Shown piece by piece: positions 20,872-30,803 of a DNA stretch of 64,000 nt. Numbering within the stretch: position 1 is the stretch's first letter; every line of letters starts with the position of its first letter. The stretch comes from Gammaproteobacteria bacterium (GTDB lineage Bacteria; Pseudomonadota; Gammaproteobacteria; DSM-16500): contig JABDCN010000002.1 in assembly GCA_013288125.1 (NCBI GenBank), positions 2,854 through 66,853 on the forward strand. The letters run 5' to 3'. The position numbers and the translations under genes were made by a program. The notes under the pieces were generated by a model, which was not told the DNA's origin, searched no databases, and worked only from the letters and a program-made list of their open reading frames with translations.

Positions 20872-22519
20872 ATTGATACTCAAATCTGTCGTCCCGCGGC
20901 TTGTCGCTACACTCACACCTGTCGTCCCGCGGCTTGTCCGCGGGATCCAGAAAAAATATGCTAATGTTGTTAATTGTTTCTGGATCCCGCGGACAAGCCG
21001 CGGGACGACAGGTCTGAGTATAGTAACAAGCTGTTGGACGACAGCTCTGAATCTAATCATATTATCTTTATCCCTCACCTCCTGCGCAGTCGGCCCCGAT
21101 TACCACCGCCCCAAAACACAAGTCCCCTACCATTTCAAAGAAATCAAAAATAAAGATTGGAAAATAGCAAAACCAACAAACATTAGCCTCAACAATAAAT
21201 GGTGGGAAATGTTTCATGATCCCACCTTATCTGCTTTAGAAGAAAGATTAAATCGTTGCAATCAATCTGTCCTCACCGCTTATGATAACTTTAAACAAGC
21301 ACAAGCTTTAGTTGATGAAGCGCGCGCTAATTTTTATCCTGTTTTAATTGGAAATTTTTCTTTACAACGACAAAAAGGGACAGGTTCAACTTCTATTATC
21401 AGCACATCAAGCAGTGGTACTTTACCAACAGGTTCAACAAGCACAGGTATCGCAGCCACATCAAATTCAAAAGTCGTTTACAACCATTCCATTTCATTTA
21501 ATGCTTCATGGCAACCTGATATTTGGGGATTAGTAAGAAGACAAGTTGAAGCGAGCGCTGCAACCGCACAAGCTGATGCCGCATTATTTGGTGCAACGCG
21601 TTTATCTTCTCAAGCTTCATTAGCAACTTTTTATTTTGAATTGCGCGCACTCGATACCGATCAACAGATACTCGATGATACCGTTCGTGCAGATAAAAAA
21701 ATTCTCCAATTAACGATTAATCAATATCATTCCGGTGTGATATCAGCCGGTGATATTTTACAAGCAAAAAGTCAATTAGAAGCAGCTGAAAGCTTAGCGA
21801 TTAATAATGGTGTGAATCGCGCGATTTACGAGCATGCTATTGCTGTTTTACTTGGCATACCAGCTAGCGCATTTTCGCTTGTTTATCATCCTCTACATGG
21901 CCAACCACCAGTAGTCCCTCTCGCACTCCCTTCTTATTTATTAGAACGCCGCCCTGATGTCGCACAAGCAGAACGCACGATGGCTTCAGCAAGCGCCCAA
22001 ATTGGTGTCGCTGTTGCCGCTTATTTTCCTACTTTAACTTTAACGGGCAATGCCAGTTTTGTGAATCAAGGATTAGGGCATTGGATTTCAATGCCAGAAA
22101 TGGGATGGGCTTATGGTCCGCAATTATCTGAATTGATTTATGATGGTGGTTTAAGAAATGCAACAGTTCGCGCAGCGCAATATGGTTATTTATCAACGGT
22201 TGCTTCATATCGACAAACCGTACTCGCTGCATTTCAAAATGTTGAAGATAATTTAGCAACACTACGCATTTTAACTCATGAAGGCGTGGTGCAAAACCAA
22301 GCCGCTATCACCGCGCAAAAAGCATTAAAATATGTCATTAATGAATATAAAGCAGGAACAGTACCCTTTTCGAGTGTACTCACATCACAATTAGCTCTTT
22401 ATACTGCACAAAAAAATGCGGCTGATATTGTTGGTTTAAGAATGACAGCGGCGGTAGGATTAGTCGTTGCTTTAGGTGGAGGTTGGGACAGAAAAAAAAT
22501 CGATGAATTAAAAATATGA
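20861..22519 (+). CDS. NodT/OprM-family outer-membrane efflux lipoprotein carrying an in-frame palindromic insertion in its signal peptide
   Basis: Lipobox LTSC-AVGPDY, WWEMFHDPTL, LLERRPDVAQAER, ALGGGW. Confidence 0.88.
   Translation: MKNKLILKSVVPRLVATLTPVVPRLVRGIQKKYANVVNCFWIPRTSRGTTGLSIVTSCWTTALNLIILSLSLTSCAVGPDYHRPKTQVPYHFKEIKNKDWKIAKPTNISLNNKWWEMFHDPTLSALEERLNRCNQSVLTAYDNFKQAQALVDEARANFYPVLIGNFSLQRQKGTGSTSIISTSSSGTLPTGSTSTGIAATSNSKVVYNHSISFNASWQPDIWGLVRRQVEASAATAQADAALFGATRLSSQASLATFYFELRALDTDQQILDDTVRADKKILQLTINQYHSGVISAGDILQAKSQLEAAESLAINNGVNRAIYEHAIAVLLGIPASAFSLVYHPLHGQPPVVPLALPSYLLERRPDVAQAERTMASASAQIGVAVAAYFPTLTLTGNASFVNQGLGHWISMPEMGWAYGPQLSELIYDGGLRNATVRAAQYGYLSTVASYRQTVLAAFQNVEDNLATLRILTHEGVVQNQAAITAQKALKYVINEYKAGTVPFSSVLTSQLALYTAQKNAADIVGLRMTAAVGLVVALGGGWDRKKIDELKI
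20886..21044. repeat. Nested palindromic element (RPE4-like) inside the CDS
   Basis: Perfect 37 bp arms ACCTGTCGTCCCGCGGCTTGTCCGCGGGATCCAGAAA at 20917-20953 and its reverse complement at 20977-21013, plus degenerate outer arms. Confidence 0.85.
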
Positions 22520-22582
22520 GGTTTCGCATAAATACCCGCGGCAATAATAAACTGATAGACTTTCTTTATTTAACAATTCACG

Positions 22583-22671
22583 CGATTGTCATCCTGGGCG
22601 TAGCGAAGGATCACTAAAATATGTCATAATACTCACTGAGTGATCCTTCGCTACGCTCAGGATGACAATCG
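22583..22671. repeat. REP-like palindromic repeat (GTCATCCTG...GAAGGATC family)
   Basis: 33 bp near-perfect inverted arms between convergent genes; second copy at 55685-55765. Confidence 0.85.
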
Positions 22672-22705
22672 GCTTAGAATGACAATTGTGCGAACATTTA
22701 CGACT

Positions 22706-23554
22706 TTATTTACTCGACCGAGGCGAACTCGAGCTATTTTTATCTTCCTGTTTAGGTGTTTCTTGCTGTATAGAAGTTTTTTTTGTTTCCATTTCTTTTT
22801 TAACACTCGCTTCAATAACTGCCTTAACTTTATTGCTTGGAGTAATCTCTTTTGTGAAAAGACCTTTAACCATATCTCTCTTCCGAGCAAAGTTGATTAA
22901 AGAATCTTTATTATATGGGCTAACACTATTATTACTATTAGTTTTAAGACCATTTAAAAAACTTGGATCATTAGATTGAGACACAATATCAATATACCAA
23001 TGCTGCAATTTCTCTATATGCGCGGCTTGTGTCTCTGTATATCTTGGATGAATTAGATCTGTGTGTTTGTATATTACATTATTATCAGACTCTATTTTTT
23101 TATAAACATGTTGAAGAAATTGTAATTTGTCATTATCATTTTCTAAAAAATTCATCATTGACTGAATTTGCTCAAAATCACTTTTTTTTGTACTTCCACC
23201 CACGTAAAGAGATGAATTATTATCAAAATAGCTTGTGGCTTGTTGAAGAGTGACTGTTTCGGCATGAATTAAATTCAAACTTCTACCTGGTATAGTCACA
23301 CTTCCAATTTCATATGAGTCATCATCCGGATTAAATAGTCCAGCTTCAAGATTAACTGGTAATTGTAAATTTTTATTAACCTCTACTGAGTAATTATTAT
23401 CTGTCTGATGAACAGTTAAATCTTTATAATAATTAGTATCAGCTATTATTTCATCAACGTCCCTTAACCAAATCGGTTTCCCTTGCAATACATTTAACTT
23501 TAATACAAGTTCTTCTAATTTTCTCTCTTCTTCTCGCGAGTCCAACATATGCAC
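22706..23554 (-). CDS. Hypothetical protein (possible effector)
   Basis: 282 aa ORF with upstream GGAG; no family recognised; charged Ser-rich C-terminus. Confidence 0.6.
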   Translation of the reverse strand: MHMLDSREEERKLEELVLKLNVLQGKPIWLRDVDEIIADTNYYKDLTVHQTDNNYSVEVNKNLQLPVNLEAGLFNPDDDSYEIGSVTIPGRSLNLIHAETVTLQQATSYFDNNSSLYVGGSTKKSDFEQIQSMMNFLENDNDKLQFLQHVYKKIESDNNVIYKHTDLIHPRYTETQAAHIEKLQHWYIDIVSQSNDPSFLNGLKTNSNNSVSPYNKDSLINFARKRDMVKGLFTKEITPSNKVKAVIEASVKKEMETKKTSIQQETPKQEDKNSSSSPRSSK

Positions 23555-23699
23555 GCTCCCATTTATTTTATAAAAATTTTAATTGGTTACAATACATATG
23601 GATATTATAACATAGCGATACTGGTATGGGATATTATCGTTTACCGTGAATTTTTCATAAAAATAAATAAAATAATCATTAAATTATCAAAGTAACCTA

Positions 23700-23731
23700 A
23701 TAAAAAAGGCGCATTTAGCGCCTTTATTTTA
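23700..23731 (-). terminator. Rho-independent terminator after the LRR genes
   Basis: AAAGGCGC-ATTTA-GCGCCTTT flanked by A and T runs. Confidence 0.75.
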
Positions 23732-23744
23732 TTCTCAAATCAAA

Positions 23745-25421
23745 TTAAACTTTCTTACAAAATTCCAACTGATTAGCATGATGCTTGCAATACATTTGAT
23801 ATCGTCGTAATTCTTTTTTATTTAATCCCATTTTTTTGGCTTGAAGTATTTCTTTTGTTTTTAAATTACCGCCATCTGGATCATCAATACCTAAATGAAT
23901 AAAATTTGGATTAGCCTCTAATGCCTCAATCCCTTTAGAACCAATACGATTTAAATCAAGATACAACTCATTTAATGTCACATTTTTTGATAAATCAATC
24001 GCACCAGCATCGCCAATATGATTATCTATTAAATCAAGTATCTTTAAGTGAGTATTTTGTGCTAAACAACTTGCATCTTCGTCACTCAAATTAGAAGATT
24101 CCAATCGAAGTTCAGTGATTGATGAACTTTGAGCAAGCGCATCAATATCTTGATAATTCAATCGAGTATTAAATGTAAAAAAAGTCTTCAGTGATTTCAT
24201 CTTCGCAAGTGATTTTACCCCCTCACCTTCACCACCGAAACGCTTAAAATTTAATTCTAAATCTTCAATCGAAGTATTATGAGATAAAGCAACAAGGCCT
24301 TTATCAGTAATATTGGTGAAAAATAGAATTAATGTTTTGATAGATTTATTCTCAGCAAATGCCGTCATTGCATCATCATCCGTTAGCGTTCCCATTAAAT
24401 CCAATGATTGAAGATGCTGATTTTGAGCAAGTGCTGACGCCCCAATTGAAGTAATATCAGCGCCATTTAAATTTAAATCAATCAATGACGGCAATTTTGC
24501 TAGTGCAATTGCAGCTTGATCATCAATGTGATTTTTATCTCCAGCTACAATACTCTGCCTGAACGACAAAGTGGTTAAGAGAGGAAGATCAGCAATTGCT
24601 AGTGCACCTTGCAAATGAATACTATTGTCTGTTAAATCAAGTTCGGTGATAGCACGATTGCCAGCTAAAATAATCGCGCCTTCATCTCCAATATTACTTC
24701 TAAATAATGATAAAGAAGTCAAATTTTTATTATTAGCAAGCGCAATCACACTGTCCTTGTTCAAAGGAGCCCAATCCAAAATCAATTTTTTCAAATGTGG
24801 ATTTTTAGCTAAGGCTTGAACACCGGCATTTGTTACTTTGGCATCACTGATGTCAAGTGATTGAATTGCAACATTACCGGCCAATGCCATTACACCTGCA
24901 TCAGTAATATCGCTATTATATCCAATATTAAGGTCCTGTAAGCTAGTATTTTTTGCAAATGCAATCGCGGTTTTATCTGTACATTTTGTCAATGAAATAT
25001 CGAGAGATTTGAGATGGATATCATTCGCTAAGGCAATTCCTCCTTCATCACTTATATCGTCATTCCACGAAATATCTAATTTTGTAATAAATGGATTATT
25101 AGCAATTGCTTTTGCTCCAGCTGAATCAACATGCGTTGCAGGGATAATTAATTCATTTATTGTTGTTGTTTTTGACAATGCTATCGCGCCTGCAGAGCCA
25201 ATTTTAGTATTCCAAGTTAAATCGAGTGATTGAATTGCTGGATGCTGATTAAGATAATTCACAACAAATGAAACATCTTTAGCCTCTAATTCACAAAATG
25301 ATAAATCTAATCGATTATTTTTTACTAGCGCATCAATGTGATCCAAGCAACGATTAGAAGCGTATGCTTGAAGACTGAAAACACTTGTTATGATACAGCA
25401 TAACAATATTCTTTTTTTCAT
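23745..25421 (-). CDS. Secreted leucine-rich-repeat protein (RI/GALA-like 24-25 aa repeats), paralog 1
   Basis: About 20 LxxLDLxxNxIGDxGAxALA repeats; signal peptide MKKRILLCC...AYA; SD AAGGA before the ATG at 25421. Confidence 0.88.
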   Translation of the reverse strand: MKKRILLCCIITSVFSLQAYASNRCLDHIDALVKNNRLDLSFCELEAKDVSFVVNYLNQHPAIQSLDLTWNTKIGSAGAIALSKTTTINELIIPATHVDSAGAKAIANNPFITKLDISWNDDISDEGGIALANDIHLKSLDISLTKCTDKTAIAFAKNTSLQDLNIGYNSDITDAGVMALAGNVAIQSLDISDAKVTNAGVQALAKNPHLKKLILDWAPLNKDSVIALANNKNLTSLSLFRSNIGDEGAIILAGNRAITELDLTDNSIHLQGALAIADLPLLTTLSFRQSIVAGDKNHIDDQAAIALAKLPSLIDLNLNGADITSIGASALAQNQHLQSLDLMGTLTDDDAMTAFAENKSIKTLILFFTNITDKGLVALSHNTSIEDLELNFKRFGGEGEGVKSLAKMKSLKTFFTFNTRLNYQDIDALAQSSSITELRLESSNLSDEDASCLAQNTHLKILDLIDNHIGDAGAIDLSKNVTLNELYLDLNRIGSKGIEALEANPNFIHLGIDDPDGGNLKTKEILQAKKMGLNKKELRRYQMYCKHHANQLEFCKKV

Positions 25422-25453
25422 TAATTCGTTCCTTTTAAACAAACAGTTAATAG

Positions 25454-27130
25454 TTAAATTTTCTTACAAATTTCAAGCTGATTAGCATGATGCTTGCAAT
25501 ACATTTGATATCGTCGTAATTCTTTTTTATTTAAACCCAATTTTTTTGCTTGAAGCATTTTCTTTGCCTTTAAATTATCGCCATACTGAAGGTCATCGTA
25601 TAAATGAATAAAACTTTGATTAGCATTTAAGGCTTTAACACCTTCATCCCCAATGTGATTTAAAGTAACATCCAATTCGCTTAATGTGGTGTTTTTTGAT
25701 AGATCAATTGCACCAGCATCACCAATATGACTATCTATTAAAGCAAGCCTCTGTAAATAACTATTTTTCGCCAATAAACTCGCATCTTCATTGTCTAGCT
25801 GAGCAGAAAATAAAAGAAGTTCAGTGATTGATGAATTTTGAGCAAGTGCACCAATTTCTTGATGGCTCAAGCGAGTTGAAAAAGTATAAAAAGTTTTTAA
25901 TGATCCCATCTTTGCAATTGCTTTAATTCCCTCCCCCATATTACCAAAACGTTTAAAATCTAATTCTAAATCTACAATTGAAGTATTATGTGATAAAGCA
26001 ATCAAGCCTTTATCAGTAATATTAGTATTAAATAAAATTAATTTTTTAATAGATTTATTTTCAGCAAATGCAGTCATTGCCTCATCACCCGTGAGCGTAC
26101 TCATTAAGTCTAATGATTGAAGATGTTGATTTTGAGCAAGTGCAGATGAGCCAATTGAAGTAATATTAGCACCGCTTAATGATAACTCAGTCAACATTGG
26201 GAGTTTTGCTAAAGCAATGACAGCTTGATCATTAATCTGATTTTTATATCCAGACACACTACTATTTGACAGAGATAAACTGGTTAAGAGCGGAAGTTCC
26301 GCTATTGCTAAAGCACCTTGCAAATGAATACTATTATCCGTTAAATCAAGCTCCGTGATCGCGCGATTACCAGCCAAAATAACCGCCCCTTCATCGCCAA
26401 TATTACTTCTAAATAAAGATAAAGAAGTTAAATTTTTATTATGAGCAAGTGCAATGACACTATCCTTATTTAAGAGAATCCAATCCAAAGATAGTTTTTT
26501 CAAGTGAGAATTTTTAGCTAACGCTTGAACACCGGCATTTGTTACTTTGGTATCACCGATGTCAAGTGATTGAATTGCAGCATTACCCGCCAATGCAATT
26601 GCACCTGCATCCGTAATATTTCTATTAGTTCCAATATTAAGATCTTCTAAGCTAGTATTTTTTGCAAATTCAATCGCTGTATTATCTGTACATTTCGTCA
26701 ATGAAATATCAAGAGATTTGAGATAAGGGTCAAGTGCCAATAAAAGCCCTCCTTCATCAGTGATATTATCATTCCAAGAAATATTTAACTTTGTAATAGA
26801 TGGATTAATCGTGATTGCTAATATAACAGTATCATCGGCGCCGGTGTAAAAAAGATTTAATTTTTTTATGGATAATATATTTGACAATGCGATCAGACCT
26901 GACGAACCAATTTTATTATTACCACTCAAATCAAGAGATTGAATCATTGGATGCTGATTAAGATAATTCGCCACAAATGAAACATCTTTAGCTTCTAATT
27001 CACAAAATGATAAATCTAAACGGTTATTTTTTACTAATGCATCAATGTGATCCAAACAACGATTAGAAGCGTATGCTTGAAGACTAAAGACACTTATCAT
27101 CAAACAACATAACAATATTATTTTTTTCAT
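25454..27130 (-). CDS. Secreted leucine-rich-repeat protein, paralog 2
   Basis: Same architecture with near-identical N- and C-terminal caps; tandem duplicate. Confidence 0.88.
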   Translation of the reverse strand: MKKIILLCCLMISVFSLQAYASNRCLDHIDALVKNNRLDLSFCELEAKDVSFVANYLNQHPMIQSLDLSGNNKIGSSGLIALSNILSIKKLNLFYTGADDTVILAITINPSITKLNISWNDNITDEGGLLLALDPYLKSLDISLTKCTDNTAIEFAKNTSLEDLNIGTNRNITDAGAIALAGNAAIQSLDIGDTKVTNAGVQALAKNSHLKKLSLDWILLNKDSVIALAHNKNLTSLSLFRSNIGDEGAVILAGNRAITELDLTDNSIHLQGALAIAELPLLTSLSLSNSSVSGYKNQINDQAVIALAKLPMLTELSLSGANITSIGSSALAQNQHLQSLDLMSTLTGDEAMTAFAENKSIKKLILFNTNITDKGLIALSHNTSIVDLELDFKRFGNMGEGIKAIAKMGSLKTFYTFSTRLSHQEIGALAQNSSITELLLFSAQLDNEDASLLAKNSYLQRLALIDSHIGDAGAIDLSKNTTLSELDVTLNHIGDEGVKALNANQSFIHLYDDLQYGDNLKAKKMLQAKKLGLNKKELRRYQMYCKHHANQLEICKKI

Positions 27131-27263
27131 TAATTCACTTCCTTTTTATAGAGAGTTAAAAGACGAAGAGAATAGTATAAAAATTGATTAATCACAACCA
27201 AAATAGATGCCGCTAACAATCTCGTATCAAGTGTGAGAGTGAGACGAAGGACAAGAGTAAATT

Positions 27264-27306
27264 GTAGGCTGGGCTGAGGCCTGCGAAAGCAGGTCGAAGC
27301 CCAACA
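27264..27306. repeat. GTAG-type REP hairpin
   Basis: GTAGGCTGGGCTGAGGCCTGCGAAAGCAGGTCGAAGCCCAACA: GTAG foot plus an imperfect palindrome with a GAAA tetraloop. Confidence 0.6.
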
Positions 27307-27311
27307 ACATC

Positions 27312-27863
27312 TCACTTTCTAGAAATATAAGAATTATTTTTAATATAAAATCGTAATAATTTTTTTGCCCATTTACCCGCATAATCTACGCCAATACGCG
27401 GACGAGCAATAATATCAATCGCTGAAGATTCCTCAGTCTGAGCAATAAAAAAAGTGTCACTCTCTAAATCACATCCATTAAGATTTTTATCAATGCGCAT
27501 AGCACGACATAGCAAACCTGGGCCTTGTGTTTTACCTTCAAGGTTTTGAATCGGCTCAATTGCACGCAACAAAACAGCAGAAGCATGCCCTTCTTGTTCT
27601 GTTACCACATTCATACAAAAATACATGCCATAAATCATATAAATATAAGCATGACCAGGCGGCCCAAACATAATTTTAGTACGCGGTGTTAAACCTTTAG
27701 CTGAATGTGCTGCTAAATCATGAGGCCCAAGATACGCTTCCACTTCAACAATTTTACCTATGCGTTCAATGCCGTGACTGCGATGAATAAGATATTTACC
27801 AAGTAAATCATGCGCTACGTCAACGGTATCACGATCATAAAACGAGCGAGAAAGTTTTAACAT
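27312..27863 (-). CDS. mpg: DNA-3-methyladenine glycosylase (AAG/MPG family)
   Basis: IVEVEAYLGPHDLAAHS, MFGPPGHAYIYMIYGMYFC, AVLLRA, GPGLLC, PRIGV. Confidence 0.93.
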   Translation of the reverse strand: MLKLSRSFYDRDTVDVAHDLLGKYLIHRSHGIERIGKIVEVEAYLGPHDLAAHSAKGLTPRTKIMFGPPGHAYIYMIYGMYFCMNVVTEQEGHASAVLLRAIEPIQNLEGKTQGPGLLCRAMRIDKNLNGCDLESDTFFIAQTEESSAIDIIARPRIGVDYAGKWAKKLLRFYIKNNSYISRK

Positions 27864-27982
27864 AATATATTGAACATACTTATTTGAAGCAGGTTGATTG
27901 GTGCATTTTCGACAATCTGTATGAATAACACAAACTTACCGTAAATGCACATTGCTTTAACGCTTAGCGGTAACGTCAGTAA

Positions 27983-28561
27983 CTATTTATTCAATAACCG
28001 TGGCCGAGCTTGCGCATTAATTTCTCTTACACCATTTAATTTAGCAATCTCATCAATCAGCGGCACATCTGTTGCTATCACATTGAGCGCCCTAAATAAC
28101 GTCAGGCCATTATGTAAACGTTGTTTCCTATCAGTAAGCGTGAGCGTAGTGGTGTTATTCATACGCCACTCTGCTACCATGTTTTCAATCTGTGGTACGG
28201 TGTCAGGCGTACATTGACAAGCAACAGTTGCATCCCCGTCTTCTGCAATAACTGAAGAAAGAAATTCTTTTTCATAGGTAGTAGCATGTTGTATTAAATC
28301 AACCACTAAAGACAGCGCATATACTGCTCTTACTTGCTCTGGTGTTAAATAACATAAAGCATGGAAGTGCATCACACTATCCACCATGAAGAGATCACTC
28401 ACCTTCTCAATTACCTCTACACCAAGGTTTGTTGCTAATTCATCTTGGAATGTAGCATGAACAGGAATGACTACTTCGTAAAAAGCAGAATGTTCTGGAA
28501 CCGTAAAAGATAATTCAGGATTTTTTAATGATTGTTGACTTAACATGAATGTTCCTTTCAT
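27983..28561 (-). CDS. Hypothetical protein
   Basis: 192 aa ORF; probable start at 28546 after AAAGGA; no family recognised. Confidence 0.55.
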   Translation of the reverse strand: MKGTFMLSQQSLKNPELSFTVPEHSAFYEVVIPVHATFQDELATNLGVEVIEKVSDLFMVDSVMHFHALCYLTPEQVRAVYALSLVVDLIQHATTYEKEFLSSVIAEDGDATVACQCTPDTVPQIENMVAEWRMNNTTTLTLTDRKQRLHNGLTLFRALNVIATDVPLIDEIAKLNGVREINAQARPRLLNK

Positions 28562-28632
28562 TTTATCGTCAAAGATAGCGCATTATTGAATACATTTTTA
28601 AATTGAGCAATAATTTTAATTTTGTTCAAAAC

Positions 28633-28827
28633 CTAATGATCGTTTTTCTTAGCCGCCTTCTTTATTTCCCGTTGCAGCTTTTTAATTTTAGCCAAAGAAA
28701 AACCTGTGGCTCGTTCAATGATAGCAGGCTTAACACCATCTTCTATAAGATGCTTTGCAACTTCTAACTTACCTTGCACAATACCCTTCTCCATCCCAAA
28801 TTTTTCCGCATTACTAATATAAGGCAT
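28633..28827 (-). CDS. Putative small Rpn C-terminal protein (RpnS-like, 64 aa) from an internal start
   Basis: GAGGAGG followed 8 nt later by ATG: MPYISNAEKFGMEKGIVQGKLEVAKHLIEDGVKPAIIERATGFSLAKIKKL... Confidence 0.6.
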   Translation of the reverse strand: MPYISNAEKFGMEKGIVQGKLEVAKHLIEDGVKPAIIERATGFSLAKIKKLQREIKKAAKKNDH

Positions 28828-29061
28828 TTTAGTTGCCTCCTCTAATTCATAAATTTCATGGATATATTCTAATTCATGCGGCTTAGATAAGCCAATAAGC
28901 CAGTCTATGAATTTGTACAAATTTACTACTTCTGCCTTTTTAAACCCTTTATCATACAACCGTCTAGTGAGAGCAAATTTTACCTGCTTTCGCTCGTCAT
29001 CTGGTTTACCCTTAACGTCTAATGCCGCTAAGTGCGTTAAAACGACACTTCCAAACGGATT
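28633..29061 (-). pseudogene. Rpn-family (PD-(D/E)XK nuclease / putative transposase) 3' fragment with the 5' part deleted
   Basis: Highly similar to 33055-33373 (LYDKGFKKAEVVNLYKFIDWLIGL). Homology breaks at about 29061 and jumps to the upstream intergenic sequence. Confidence 0.8.
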
Positions 29062-29120
29062 GATGGTTGTTTTAAAGCAAAATGATTTATTCTTTTAATA
29101 AAATTCGTATATTAGTTTCG

Positions 29121-29167
29121 ACTCATGGAGACGAGGAGGATCGAACTCCCGACCTTCGCATTGCGAA
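29121..29167 (-). repeat. att site: duplicated 3' half of tRNA-Ala
   Basis: ACTCATGGAGACGAGGAGGATCGAACTCCCGACCTTCGCATTGCGAA is identical to 33998-34044. Confidence 0.92.
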
Positions 29168-29323
29168 AGCAAAACAAGCACGAACCAGCGTGAACCTCAG
29201 TAAGCTAAATTAATAAAATAATCATTTAGTTATTAAAGTATTCTCTTGTTAAGCTGTTCAACTTTGTATATGCTCGCACACTCATGCTGCACCCTAATTG
29301 CACCCTGAAAGCGAGAATAAATA

Positions 29324-30595
29324 ATGAAAGCTTTAATAACGAATAGCTTTATTAGCTCAATAAAACCAAAAGATAAAGCTTACGATGTTTGGGATACAAA
29401 ATTAACAGGTCTTATTTTACGTGTAAACCCTACAGGCAAACATGTTTATCGCTGCGAATATGGCAGAGGTAAACGAGTAACACTTGGCAAATGCACAGTG
29501 CTAACACCAATTCAGGCACGCGATCGTGTTAAAGAAATACTAGCAGATACAGTAAAAGGAAATCCTCCTCAACCTAAAAAGCGTAACCACATACTCACCT
29601 TAAATGAATTTATCAAGAATGAATACAAAATATGGCGATACGCAAATCGTAAAAGCGCAAAAAAAGATATCGATCGATTAATATCAGTTTTTTTAGATGA
29701 ATTTGGCAACTACCCTCTTCTATCTATCACTCCTCTTGCTATCGACAAGTGGCGATCCAAGCGTATTGCGAGCGGTATCAAACCTATTACAGCCAATCGC
29801 GATATTTCTATATTAAAATCCATGTTAAACAAAGCTGAAGAATGGGAAATAATACCTGAAAATCCCTTACGAAAATTTAAGTTAGCGAAAATTGATAACT
29901 CTCCCAATGTACGTTACTTAACAAATGAAGAAGAAACAAACTTAAAAAATGCCCTATTCTTGCGCGATGAAAAATTAAGATCAGCACGGCTAAGCGCAAA
30001 TGAATGGCGCCAACAAAGAAATTATAAAACCCTTCCTGATTTAACAAAAATATTTTTTACAGATCATATGACACCAATGATATTATTATCGCTTAATACA
30101 GGATTGCGCCAAGGTGAATTGTTTAACTTAAAATGGGAAAATATTAATTTTGAACGTGCCATACTGACAATAGCAGGTGATCTAGCGAAAAGCGGAAAGA
30201 CACGACATTTACCACTTAATACACTCGCTCTTCAACTATTAAAAAATTGGAAAACTCAAACAAAAAACAACGAATTTATTTTTCAAAATCCTAACACTAA
30301 CAAACCATTCGATAATGTAAAAAAAGCTTGGCGCACTATTTTAGAGCAAGCTAAGATCGAAAAATTTCGCTGGCACGACATGCGTCATCATTTCGCAAGT
30401 AAATTAGTTATGGCTGGCGTAGATTTAAATACAGTTAGAGAATTATTAGGACACGCGGATATTAAAATGACATTACGTTATGCACATTTAGCACCAGAGC
30501 ATAAAGCTAACGCAGTGGAAAAATTAGTTAGCAAATTTTCTTTTTCACATAGATCAATTAACTCAGATTTCCGTGACACTGTCGCGGAAATCTGA
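29324..30595 (+). CDS. Tyrosine recombinase/integrase with N-terminal arm-binding domain
   Basis: WDTKLTGLILRV arm domain; catalytic TGLRQGE, KSGK, HDMRHHFAS, LLGH and RYAH. Confidence 0.93.
   Translation: MKALITNSFISSIKPKDKAYDVWDTKLTGLILRVNPTGKHVYRCEYGRGKRVTLGKCTVLTPIQARDRVKEILADTVKGNPPQPKKRNHILTLNEFIKNEYKIWRYANRKSAKKDIDRLISVFLDEFGNYPLLSITPLAIDKWRSKRIASGIKPITANRDISILKSMLNKAEEWEIIPENPLRKFKLAKIDNSPNVRYLTNEEETNLKNALFLRDEKLRSARLSANEWRQQRNYKTLPDLTKIFFTDHMTPMILLSLNTGLRQGELFNLKWENINFERAILTIAGDLAKSGKTRHLPLNTLALQLLKNWKTQTKNNEFIFQNPNTNKPFDNVKKAWRTILEQAKIEKFRWHDMRHHFASKLVMAGVDLNTVRELLGHADIKMTLRYAHLAPEHKANAVEKLVSKFSFSHRSINSDFRDTVAEI
30563..30595. repeat. Hairpin overlapping the integrase 3' end
   Basis: TCAGATTTCCGTGAC-ACT-GTCGCGGAAATCTGA. 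Confidence 0.6.
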
Positions 30596-30803
30596 TTTCA
30601 TTTCATGCTCTTTTTGTTTGATTCTTTTTTATTCATTATTTACGCCCAAATCTAATTTAATTCATTAAAAATTTTTTCTCAAAACAATTCATACCATTTT
30701 TAACTAGCTAATAATCTCTTGTTGTTGTCTTGATGCGTGTTCCGTTCTAACATATCGAAAATTTAATTGGCATCCTCGATCCCCGTAGAAATGGAGACTT
30801 AAC

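Noticed and set aside
29121-29167. Second tRNA gene
   Set aside because: Only the 3' half is present; the D-arm and 5' acceptor strand are missing, so it is an att site.
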